Shown piece after piece: positions 1-7,213 of a stretch of DNA of 64,000 bases. The translations under genes were made by a program, and so were the position numbers. Where the stretch lies: contig JAETOO010000013.1 of assembly GCA_021771715.1 (NCBI GenBank), positions 20,553-84,552 on the forward strand, written 5' to 3'. The number at the start of each line of letters is the position of its first letter. Position 1 is the stretch's first letter. Source of the stretch: Oscillospiraceae bacterium (lineage in GTDB: Bacteria > Bacillota > Clostridia > Lachnospirales > Lachnospiraceae). Under the pieces are notes generated by a model. The model was not told where the DNA came from and made no database searches. It worked only from the letters and a program-made list of their open reading frames with translations.

Positions 1-1
1 A

Positions 2-1726
2 GATGCATTAAGAGTTGAGGTAAAGAAAAAATGGTTGGAGAAAGTAAGTGAACTTGATAAGCTGAATGGGACAAAAGTTTTAAAGGTAACAGATTCTTAT
101 AAAAAAATATTTGGTAGTATCAAGGATATTTTACCTGAAAATTGGAAAAAAAAGGGGGAAGTGGTTTCTTCTCTTATGGACTTGGTTAATTTCATGCCTA
201 TAAGTAATAGAATTTTTGAAAAAAAGGTTATACTAGTTTTTGATGATTTAGAGAGAACCAATATTTCTAGCACAGATCTTCTGGGATGCATTAATGATTA
301 CTGCGAAAATCAGAGCTTTAATACGATTATTGTCGCAAATGAAGAAAAAATAAGAGATAGCTCAGATAATGAGTTATCATATCGTGAAATTAAAGAAAAA
401 ATAGTGCAGAGAGTTATTCCGTTTGTCCCTGATTATGGTGAGGTCGTCTCTAATTCTATAGAATCAATGTCTTGCGGCATAGAATATAAGGGGCTGCTCA
501 GAAAAAACAAGAAATTATTGGTTAAAGTTTTGTCAGGAGATTTCAATGATAACGTAATTATTGAACAATATAAGGCTAAGAATTACAAGCCTGGCGGTAA
601 CATGAAAAGAGAAGAATATCAAAAAGAAGAGGAAAATCTTCGTAATCTGTTATTACAAAGACCGCATAATATACGTAGTTTCAAATGTGCTATTCAAGAC
701 TTTGAACGTATTTATAATAAGTTGGTTAAAGCAGGTATTCAAGATAGTAGTAACTGGCTTCTTGCTTTTACATGTTTTATGATGACGAATAAAGCCGGAT
801 TGATTCAGGAGATTCCTAGATATGGGAATTTGTTTCTGTATCTTGATGTAGAAAAACTTTATCCACATGTATTTGATTCTAATTATATTTTGAGCGGATT
901 CTCAAAGTGGATCATTCACGGGGAGTGGAATGATGAAGACATCTCGAAAGAGATACAGTTATTTTTGGAAAAAGAGAAAGCTGTCACTCCACTTGAAATT
1001 CTTAGAACACATAAACTACCTGAAGTCGATGAAGAAGTAATTGATAAAGGATTTAAAGACTTATTAGAAGAAGTATATGCAGGAAATTTGTCGCTAGATG
1101 AGTATGTTCTTTTTCTTTGGAATTGTTGCTATTCCAGAAGCTATGACGTTGATTTACCTACAATCGATTGGGAAAAAGTGAGAAACGGAATTAGAGAGCA
1201 AATAAAAAAATTAGTTGAAGCTGATGAAAAAGACAGCCATTCTCACAGAATGATTGGGGATGACAATAAAGAACATTTCACAGGAGAAGAATGGTCTGCA
1301 TACCAGCTTATAAAAGAATTTAGAGATAATGATGTATGGATTTATGAAAAAAATCAAAAGCTGTATATTGATTTGATTAGTTCAGACCTGAACGTTGCTT
1401 TTAGAGAACTGAGTAATAAGAGATACAATACATTTTCTCTTGAAATGGAATCTGCAACAATTAATGCATTTAAGAATGCTAGTAATATGGATAAAAATGA
1501 TTTCTCGGGGTGGTTTGTTGGAATTTGGGGACAATATAGTAATTCACCAGAGATTGATGGGCAAGTTACAACGGTATCACTCAAAAAGTTAAGAGATGAT
1601 TTGAATTCTGTAATGCAGGAATATAAAGAAAAAAGCAAAAATATTGCGGCTAGGCATACACAGAATTTTATTGAAAAATTAGATGCCATTATAAAACCGG
1701 AAAGTGAAGATACGACAGATGGATAG
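2..1726 (+). CDS. KAP-family P-loop NTPase, C-terminal ~574 aa (5' end cut by window edge)
   Basis: The frame is open from nt 2 with no upstream stop. 'KKVILVFDDLERT' (Walker B-like hhhhDDLDR) followed by 'LLGCINDYCENQSFNTIIVANEEKI' and a long helical tail fits the KAP NTPase pattern. Walker A would lie upstream of the window. Visibly AT-rich. Confidence 0.65.
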   Translation, partial: DALRVEVKKKWLEKVSELDKLNGTKVLKVTDSYKKIFGSIKDILPENWKKKGEVVSSLMDLVNFMPISNRIFEKKVILVFDDLERTNISSTDLLGCINDYCENQSFNTIIVANEEKIRDSSDNELSYREIKEKIVQRVIPFVPDYGEVVSNSIESMSCGIEYKGLLRKNKKLLVKVLSGDFNDNVIIEQYKAKNYKPGGNMKREEYQKEEENLRNLLLQRPHNIRSFKCAIQDFERIYNKLVKAGIQDSSNWLLAFTCFMMTNKAGLIQEIPRYGNLFLYLDVEKLYPHVFDSNYILSGFSKWIIHGEWNDEDISKEIQLFLEKEKAVTPLEILRTHKLPEVDEEVIDKGFKDLLEEVYAGNLSLDEYVLFLWNCCYSRSYDVDLPTIDWEKVRNGIREQIKKLVEADEKDSHSHRMIGDDNKEHFTGEEWSAYQLIKEFRDNDVWIYEKNQKLYIDLISSDLNVAFRELSNKRYNTFSLEMESATINAFKNASNMDKNDFSGWFVGIWGQYSNSPEIDGQVTTVSLKKLRDDLNSVMQEYKEKSKNIAARHTQNFIEKLDAIIKPESEDTTDG

Positions 1727-1907
1727 TAACTATTTCTGTAGCACCTAGGAGAGATTCTTGGAGAGTAGGAATATTTTTATTTATCAGATTAGCCGTAATC
1801 CGGCATTTCTTGGATTTGATTTGCTCTATATTGGTATTTTACTTGAACGAAAAGGAACCATATGTAAAATACATTTTGAACAACTGTTGATTATTTGACA
1901 AATTATT

Positions 1908-1981
1908 GTTTGTTGAACTGGCAGTCTATCAAAAAAATGAATAATCAGCCGCCCGCCAGCGCCACCACCAGGCAGGAAATC
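1908..1981 (+). repeat. 74-nt junction repeat, copy A (copy B at 7084-7157)
   Basis: Hand alignment with 7084-7157 gives 61/74 identical positions, including the shared core 'gaataatcagccgccc' and 'caggcaggaaatc'. Lies just downstream of the AT-rich KAP block. Confidence 0.85.
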
Positions 1982-1982
1982 G

Positions 1983-2159
1983 ATGAAAGCGCTGCTGGGA
2001 GAAATGATCGCACAGTCATGTGAACTGGCAGGGCTGGTTTATCAGTGTCATTGTGTGGAAAAGAAATCCCTGGAGGAAACAGCCAGGGAGACGAATGTGG
2101 ATGAGGAAACCCTGCGGCTGATCGTACAGTATTACGACCTGAAAAATGCCGCAGAATAA
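1983..2159 (+). CDS. Small (58 aa) sigma-70 region-4-like HTH protein, below the ORF-track size cutoff
   Basis: My translation is MKALLGEMIAQSCELAGLVYQCHCVEKKSLEETARETNVDEETLRLIVQYYDLKNAAE. 'KKSLEETARETNVDEETLRLIV' resembles a region-4 HTH. Weak RBS (aggaaatcg). Followed by a terminator hairpin. Confidence 0.4.
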   Translation: MKALLGEMIAQSCELAGLVYQCHCVEKKSLEETARETNVDEETLRLIVQYYDLKNAAE

Positions 2160-2195
2160 TTCCAGCCGAAAGAAATGCAAAAACTGAACAGATAG

Positions 2196-2244
2196 AAAAA
2201 GCTGCCGCTGCAGGAATACTTTTTTCCTATAACGGCAGTTTTTA
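2196..2244. terminator. Bidirectional rho-independent terminator between convergent genes
   Basis: Stem ctgccg (2202-2207) / cggcag (2233-2238) with inner stem aggaa/ttcct. A-run upstream and T-run downstream. Overlaps the stop codon of the XRE gene. Confidence 0.55.
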
Positions 2245-3054
2245 TTTTCTCCTGCGCCGCATATTCAGAGGATTATTTTTAATTACCGGCGATTTCGCCA
2301 GTGGCTTTTTCAGGAGCTTCTGTTCTTCTGCGGATAGCTTATCAAAGTCTATGCCAAACTGGGTGAAAATCACCTTCCAGATTTTTGCAAGGTGATCGCC
2401 GGGGAACCGGAGGGCATTCTGGATTTCTTTTGCCATCTTTTTCGCGAGGGAAGAATCCGGCGTGCTGTCAATGTCATGTTCGTGAGCTTTGCGGATGTCA
2501 TGAAGGATTGCGTCCCATGTTTTGTGCGTGATGTGGCAGAAAAAATCTTCTTCCTCTATCTGACCGGCCCGTAATGTTTCTGAGTACAGATCACCGTCCA
2601 TAAGCTGATGTTCCCCCATTAAGGCAAGCCGCTGTTCTTCCAGCGTTTCGTTCATATCCCGGAAGCGGGTGGTTGCATGGCCGTCTATGTAGATTTCTGT
2701 GTCAGTCATCAGCTTTTTAAACTTATCGTGGGTGGCAATCTCACAGAGCAGCCGGTTGTTGATACGCCCGCTTTTCAATAAATCCAGCATGTCATCACTC
2801 AAATGCAGCTCCGTAAGTTCTGTGTTTGGGTGGTTTCTATTTTCCGTCAAGCAAAGGATATAATCTGTTGACACGCCGTAAAACTTCGCCAGCGTGACCA
2901 GGTTGCCGTGGTTGATCTCCTTGTAATCGTCATTCTCATAGCTGCCCAGCGCCGATTTTGATATGCCCGTCTGCTGTGCCAGCTCTTCCAGACGTAAATG
3001 CCGTTCGGTGCGTAAATCCTTTAGCCGTTCCTGTATGGTAATGCCCTGTTTCAT
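2242..3054 (-). CDS. XRE-family HTH transcriptional regulator with ~200-aa C-terminal domain
   Basis: Start chosen at MKQGITIQERLKDLR (ATG 3052-3054, RBS aaaggag). 'LRLEELAQQTGISKSALGSYEND' is a Cro/C1-type HTH. The longer ORF-track start at 3180 lacks an RBS. Confidence 0.85.
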   Translation of the reverse strand: MKQGITIQERLKDLRTERHLRLEELAQQTGISKSALGSYENDDYKEINHGNLVTLAKFYGVSTDYILCLTENRNHPNTELTELHLSDDMLDLLKSGRINNRLLCEIATHDKFKKLMTDTEIYIDGHATTRFRDMNETLEEQRLALMGEHQLMDGDLYSETLRAGQIEEEDFFCHITHKTWDAILHDIRKAHEHDIDSTPDSSLAKKMAKEIQNALRFPGDHLAKIWKVIFTQFGIDFDKLSAEEQKLLKKPLAKSPVIKNNPLNMRRRRK

Positions 3055-3180
3055 AGGCTGACGCTCCTTTCCTGCGGCGTTTGCCGCCGCCAAAGCCATT
3101 ATAGCATACCGTTCCGCAATCGTGGAATTTTTCTCTTTTTGGGCAACATTCCTACTTTGCGGACATACGGCACAGGGCAC

Positions 3181-3584
3181 GAAAATGTTCCATAATAGGC
3201 TTAGTTCATCGATGGATTATTCCAATCGAATGACCGGCCTGTGTGGGATATGCTTCCCCGGGGATGTAGCGCCATGACTTGCGGCAGGGAGATGGAGGAA
3301 CCCTGGACGCAACGAGCGTACCAAAGGGAGCGATACGCCGCTGTGAGATTCAGGGGAGGAACGACACCGGGATAAAACGGCAAAATGGACACCAAAATGA
3401 TACCGAAACGCAACAGACGGGATGGGGCATAGTCTGCCCTGCCCGTATTATTCCAAAGGATTTCCGGGCGGCTCTATAGCCGGATTTTACCCTAAAACCG
3501 CCCCGAAACGTGACACTAAAAACCACTGTCCGCCCATTCCTGCTGTTATAGCTGAAACGGGCGGCTTTTTTGTAAGGAGGCACT
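3181..3584 (+). other. ~400-nt non-coding spacer with several stem-loops; candidate leader/ncRNA plus divergent promoter/operator region
   Basis: No convincing ORF on either strand. Local stems: CCCTG(3301)...CAGGG(3355) enclosing GCGTA...TACGC; ACGGG-GGGGCA-loop-TGCCCT-CCCGT at 3417-3446; ccgccc(3530-3535)/gggcgg(3559-3564) followed by a T-run, directly before the RBS of the next gene. Imperfect palindrome at 3205-3232 next to the XRE gene. Confidence 0.3.
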
Positions 3585-3887
3585 ATGCCGAGAATGTCAA
3601 AGAAGCAGAAGCAGGAACTTGCTTTCTTTTTGAATGGCCGGGGACGAAAGACCTACAATGACCTGTGTCGGAAATGCCAGCGTGACTGCAGGCAGAGCAG
3701 CCGGGCCGTGATTGTGGAGTGCCCCCGTTATTCCCGCGAGCAACGAGCCAAGCAGCCATGCTTTTATGGATATTTGGCGACTGCCGCGAGGATCAAATGC
3801 TCCGTTGCTTGCAGCGGAGTATTTGATTATCGAAGCGCTCTAAGCGCAGGAAGGAGGACAACGACTGAATGGAATTTGAATTTATGA
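3585..3887 (+). CDS. Small Cys-containing hypothetical protein typical of this element family
   Basis: Strong RBS (gtaaggagg). N-terminus 'MPRMSKKQKQELAFFLNGRGRKTYNDLCRKCQRDCRQSSRAVIVECPRY' has a C-x2-C...C...C pattern. The 3' part overlaps the next gene and may be shorter in homologs. Confidence 0.55.
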   Translation: MPRMSKKQKQELAFFLNGRGRKTYNDLCRKCQRDCRQSSRAVIVECPRYSREQRAKQPCFYGYLATAARIKCSVACSGVFDYRSALSAGRRTTTEWNLNL

Positions 3888-4210
3888 CGGTGGATACAGA
3901 CCTGCCACCAAGTATGCCGCTGCCAAAAGCCACACTGCGGCTCCCGGTCAGCAGCACCGCAAAAATCATGTATGCCTGTATGCTGGACGCTGCCCTGGCA
4001 AACGGATTGGAGGATACGAACGGGATACTGTTTATCCATTTCCCGATTATGGAATTGTCGGCGGCGCTCTCCCGCAGCCCCATGACCGTCAAGCGTTCCC
4101 TGAATGAGCTGGAGGAAGCCGGGCTGATTATGCGGGTGCGGCAGGGCGTTGGAGAAGCGAATAAGATTTATGTATTGATTCCGGGGAAGGAGGAAATCCG
4201 TTATGAATAA
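3869..4210 (+). CDS. RepA_N-like winged-helix DNA-binding protein
   Basis: 'LPKATLRLPVSSTAKIMYACMLD...FIHFPIMELSAALSRSPMTVKRSLNELEEAGLIMRVRQGVGEANKIYV' matches the replication-initiator-A N-terminal wHTH pattern. RBS aaggagga. Confidence 0.65.
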   Translation: MEFEFMTVDTDLPPSMPLPKATLRLPVSSTAKIMYACMLDAALANGLEDTNGILFIHFPIMELSAALSRSPMTVKRSLNELEEAGLIMRVRQGVGEANKIYVLIPGKEEIRYE

Positions 4211-4496
4211 AGAAATTGAAAAGATTACGCAGAAGATTGAAAAAGCGGAAGCGCAGCTTCGCAAAGCACAGCAGCAGAAAAAGATACTGGAACATCAGGC
4301 GAAGGAACTGACACGGAAAGAACGAACGCACCGGCTCTGTACCAGAGGGGCAATGCTGGAAAGCTATCTTCCTCAGCCGGAGGCGATGACGAATGAACAG
4401 GTGGAAACTTTTTTAAAACTGCTCTTTCACCAGAGTGATACCCATGAGCTTATGCAGAGGATATTCAGCAACACGCAGAAGGAGGAAATGGAGTAA
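4203..4496 (+). CDS. DUF3847-like coiled-coil protein (relaxase accessory context)
   Basis: 'LTRKERTHRLCTRGAMLESYLP' is the signature I associate with DUF3847. It follows an N-terminal coiled coil. Translationally coupled to the upstream gene (4-codon overlap). Confidence 0.75.
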   Translation: MNKEIEKITQKIEKAEAQLRKAQQQKKILEHQAKELTRKERTHRLCTRGAMLESYLPQPEAMTNEQVETFLKLLFHQSDTHELMQRIFSNTQKEEME

Positions 4497-4497
4497 T

Positions 4498-4695
4498 ATG
4501 GATTTTACAAAAAATGAGCTGGATATGGTTTATCAATATGCCGCCGATACGAAAGGAGAAACACTTGCCGGTCTGAAAGAAATCGTACCTGTGATCCATG
4601 ACAGGCAGACAAAGGAGATCGTGGAGAATACCATCCGCAAGCTGGAAGCGATCCCGGAGCCGGAGTGCCGTCGCTTTATCAGCACCACAAAATAG
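4498..4695 (+). CDS. Transposon-transfer assisting (TTRAP)-like small protein
   Basis: ATG at 4498 sits directly after the previous stop, with RBS aaggaggaaatggag. 'FTKNELDMVYQY...ETLAGLKEIVPVI...IVENTIRKLEAIPEPE' fits the TTRAP pattern. Confidence 0.65.
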   Translation: MDFTKNELDMVYQYAADTKGETLAGLKEIVPVIHDRQTKEIVENTIRKLEAIPEPECRRFISTTK

Positions 4696-4839
4696 CACTT
4701 CATGGAGCAGCGGGACAATTCCATCCGGCGCAGGCTTGCCGAAGTAAAGACGCAGAGCAGGGCGAAGAAAACAGCGAAAAGACAAAAGCAGCCAGGCCGG
4801 GAACGGCCATAATTGCTTTCAGAGCGGCAAGCCGGGGCT

Positions 4840-5035
4840 TCCCCCTCTGAAAGAGGGCGCAATTATACACCACTTAGGGAAGTGGTGCATTGCGCCCTGC
4901 CGGGGGCGTCTTGCGGACAGCAGATGATTTCGCTATGCTCCAATCATCACAGGGGACGCTACGCTTCCCCTGCGCTGGCTGCCGCCAGCTACTCGTTTGT
5001 AGACTTGCCGCCCGGAAGCACCTTGCGCTGCAAGC
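4840..5035 (+). other. Candidate oriT / single-strand origin region
   Basis: Nested inverted repeat gggcgcaat-tata-caccactt-aggg-aagtggtg-c-attgcgccc (4855-4897). Its 3' arm carries TGCGCCCT, similar to the MOBQ nick-region core as I remember it from RSF1010/R1162. Followed by short hairpins gatgatt/aatcatc, gggga/tcccc, gctggc/gccagc and cttgc/gcaag. Confidence 0.4.
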
Positions 5036-5288
5036 TGTTTCCGTCCGACAAGTTTTATGAAATCAAGCTATACTTTTCAGGTGGAATCAAGTATAATGAA
5101 GCCAATAACAAATCGGTGTTTGTCGAAAAGTTAATTTGAGCAACTCATAGAATTATGCTACGCAGAAATATGCTTCAATCAAAGTCAGAAAAGAGCCATT
5201 GAAGTATTTGAACGATGCGTACACCTTTGATTATGCGGAAACGTTTTGGGATGCAATACAGCGATTGTAATAGGATCGGAGGCGCAGT

Positions 5289-6593
5289 ATGAAGCTTATA
5301 TATGCAGTTATGGATGAAGATCACTATGTTGTTGAATCAAACGGGCAGGAGGTTCGTTTGTTGACCTCCCAAACAGAAGTAAATACCGGATATGGCTTTG
5401 AATCCCCGGAGCCAGATAACCAATGGATATCCGGCCAGTGCGGCATCCGGGTCTACCGGAAGTACCTATATTTTTCCGGGGATTACTGTGTAGCTGTCTT
5501 TGAACCTGCTGGCAACACCCATCTCAATCATGGATTTGTGTGGACAGATCAGCTCCCAGGTGATTCGGGTATTTCTGCCGCCTTGCTTCTTTCCAAGAAC
5601 GGTCGTCAAAGTAAAACTGCACCCTGGATGCGGGAACACGGAATAGCACAATATCTGGATTGGGCCAAAACTGTGCTGACCCAAATGGGCTATTCTGTTC
5701 AGGAAACCATTCAGCAGATCAAGAACGCTTATATTTCTTCCATCTTCCGCATTCTTACGAATGCCGGTTTCATGTATCTGAAAATTACATCCTCTGTCTA
5801 TGTGAACACCGCCGCCAAAGAAAAGCAGCTTACGGACAGTATGGGCGGCACTCCTGTGTTTGTGGCAGTTTCCCCGGATGGGTACGCTGCCATCACAAAG
5901 GAAATGCCTGGACATGACTGCCAGGCCGGTGATGCAGGCCAGTATAAATCCTGGCTGGAAAGCTGGGGCGAAAAGCAGGCCCAGACCACCGGCGAGAATA
6001 CTTATGGTCTGACCGACTGTTCCCCTCAAAAGCTACTCACTGAGATTGTCGACTTTGAACGACAGGCCAACCGCATTATTTTTGAAGTGACCAATCGCTC
6101 GCTTTCTGAAGCGGACCGGAGCCTGCTGAGTACGAAGCTGGCAGATGTAAAAACATCCCTGGAAAGGCTCTGCCAATATCCAATTCCCAATACCCTTTGC
6201 CATGCGGATACTCGTCCCGGCAATGTGCGGATCATGGAGGATATGGAAATTTTCTACGATTGGGGCATGGCTTTCTATGGCCATCCGTTCTATGATGCTC
6301 TGCACTTCCTTCATGTGGTGCGACGGCAGCTCTCAGAGAAGCAGAAGGCAGAAATCATCGATGCGTACCTCTCCAAATGGGAGCGGTACGGTGATAAGCA
6401 GATGCTGCAAGACGCATATACCCAGGCAGAACGGTGCAAGGAGTATTTCATGCTGACGGCAGATTGCCGGTGGGTGGCTGAAATATTGGATGTTTGCGGT
6501 GGTATCCCTCCCAAGGGAACCATCGACAACTGGCTGCTGGATAAGCGATACTATTACTTTGACCGAGTGTTGCATCGATTTATTTCAGAGTGA
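5289..6593 (+). CDS. APH/choline-kinase-fold phosphotransferase with ~150-aa N-terminal extension
   Basis: Catalytic loop 'LCHADTRPGNV' (HxDxxxxN) and 'IFYDWGMA' (metal-binding Asp) about 20 aa later. 'FMYLKIT' is a candidate ATP-lysine strand. RBS ggagg. Confidence 0.7.
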   Translation: MKLIYAVMDEDHYVVESNGQEVRLLTSQTEVNTGYGFESPEPDNQWISGQCGIRVYRKYLYFSGDYCVAVFEPAGNTHLNHGFVWTDQLPGDSGISAALLLSKNGRQSKTAPWMREHGIAQYLDWAKTVLTQMGYSVQETIQQIKNAYISSIFRILTNAGFMYLKITSSVYVNTAAKEKQLTDSMGGTPVFVAVSPDGYAAITKEMPGHDCQAGDAGQYKSWLESWGEKQAQTTGENTYGLTDCSPQKLLTEIVDFERQANRIIFEVTNRSLSEADRSLLSTKLADVKTSLERLCQYPIPNTLCHADTRPGNVRIMEDMEIFYDWGMAFYGHPFYDALHFLHVVRRQLSEKQKAEIIDAYLSKWERYGDKQMLQDAYTQAERCKEYFMLTADCRWVAEILDVCGGIPPKGTIDNWLLDKRYYYFDRVLHRFISE

Positions 6594-6777
6594 GGAAACA
6601 CGAAAGACATCCTTTTAAGACAAATGATTCTGTGTTCTCCTATCCGGCTTTCCTTCCGATAATCTCGGTACAGTCGTCCCCACCGCCCTATGGGACAGCG
6701 TTCCTCCTGTATTCAATTTATCCGAATCCAGTTGACCGTGTCCCTGTTTATGCAAATTTGAAGGAGGAATATAAAAT

Positions 6778-7074
6778 ATGAGTGGATATTTTTGGGATGA
6801 GATATTTTTTGAAAATCAAGAAGACTACGAAGAAATAAGAAAAATAATGAATAACTGTTTAGAGCAACTTGTAGGAAAAAAGCGAGAATTTGCAATTTAT
6901 AGATTTGGTTTGGCTGGTCAAAAGGAACATTCATTATACGAAACAGCAGAGCATTTTTCGATTTCTGTAGAAAGAGTAAGAACTTTAGATAATAGCACAC
7001 TTCGTGCAATGAAAATCAGAATGCCAACTATTTGTTCCAGAAGTTCACGTCTCAAGAAATTCCTTGAAGAATGA
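6778..7074 (+). CDS. Sigma-70 region-4-only HTH protein (98 aa), AT-rich
   Basis: 'KREFAIYRFGLAGQKEHSLYETAEHFSISVERVRTLDNSTLRAMK' matches the sigma region 4.2 pattern. Strong RBS gaaggagg. No region 2. Confidence 0.6.
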   Translation: MSGYFWDEIFFENQEDYEEIRKIMNNCLEQLVGKKREFAIYRFGLAGQKEHSLYETAEHFSISVERVRTLDNSTLRAMKIRMPTICSRSSRLKKFLEE

Positions 7075-7083
7075 CAACTTCCC

Positions 7084-7157
7084 GTTTGCTGAACTGACAG
7101 ATCATCAAAAAATAGAATAATCAGCCGCCCACTGGCAACACCATCAGGCAGGAAATC
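7084..7157 (+). repeat. 74-nt junction repeat, copy B
   Basis: 61/74 identity to 1908-1981 by hand alignment. Begins 10 nt after the stop of the AT-rich sigma-r4 gene and ends inside a terminator hairpin upstream of the relaxase gene. Confidence 0.85.
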
Positions 7158-7178
7158 TGAAAAGGTCTCCTGCTTTTT
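7148..7178 (+). terminator. Rho-independent terminator upstream of relaxase gene
   Basis: Stem gcagga (7148-7153) / tcctgc (7168-7173) with a 14-nt loop, then ttttt. Confidence 0.5.
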
Positions 7179-7213
7179 CTTTACCCGCAAATCAGGAGAA
7201 AGGAGGTCACGCC

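Noticed and set aside
1937-2020. Small ORF MNNQPPASATTRQEIDESAAGRNDRTVM inside junction repeat copy A
   Set aside because: The ATG is not conserved in copy B (ATA), the peptide is low-complexity, and it overlaps the better HTH ORF in another frame.
4696-4812. 36-codon frame (HFMEQRDNSIRRRLAEVKTQSRAKKTAKRQKQPGRERP) continuing in-frame after the TAG stop of the TTRAP-like gene; possible read-through or split gene
   Set aside because: There is no evidence for stop-codon read-through or an alternative code in this window, and other genes terminate at TAG. It is more likely a remnant of a formerly longer gene or chance. It is worth a quick comparison with homologs, but I do not report it as a feature.
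5040-5270. Start-less fragments (…KFYEIKLYFSGGIKYNEANNKSVFVEKLI* and …KYASIKVRKEPLKYLNDAYTFDYAETFWDAIQRL*) upstream of the APH-fold gene
   Set aside because: They look like decayed 3' remnants of a cargo gene, but they have no start codon, are frame-broken, and match no family I can recognise. This is insufficient to call a pseudogene.
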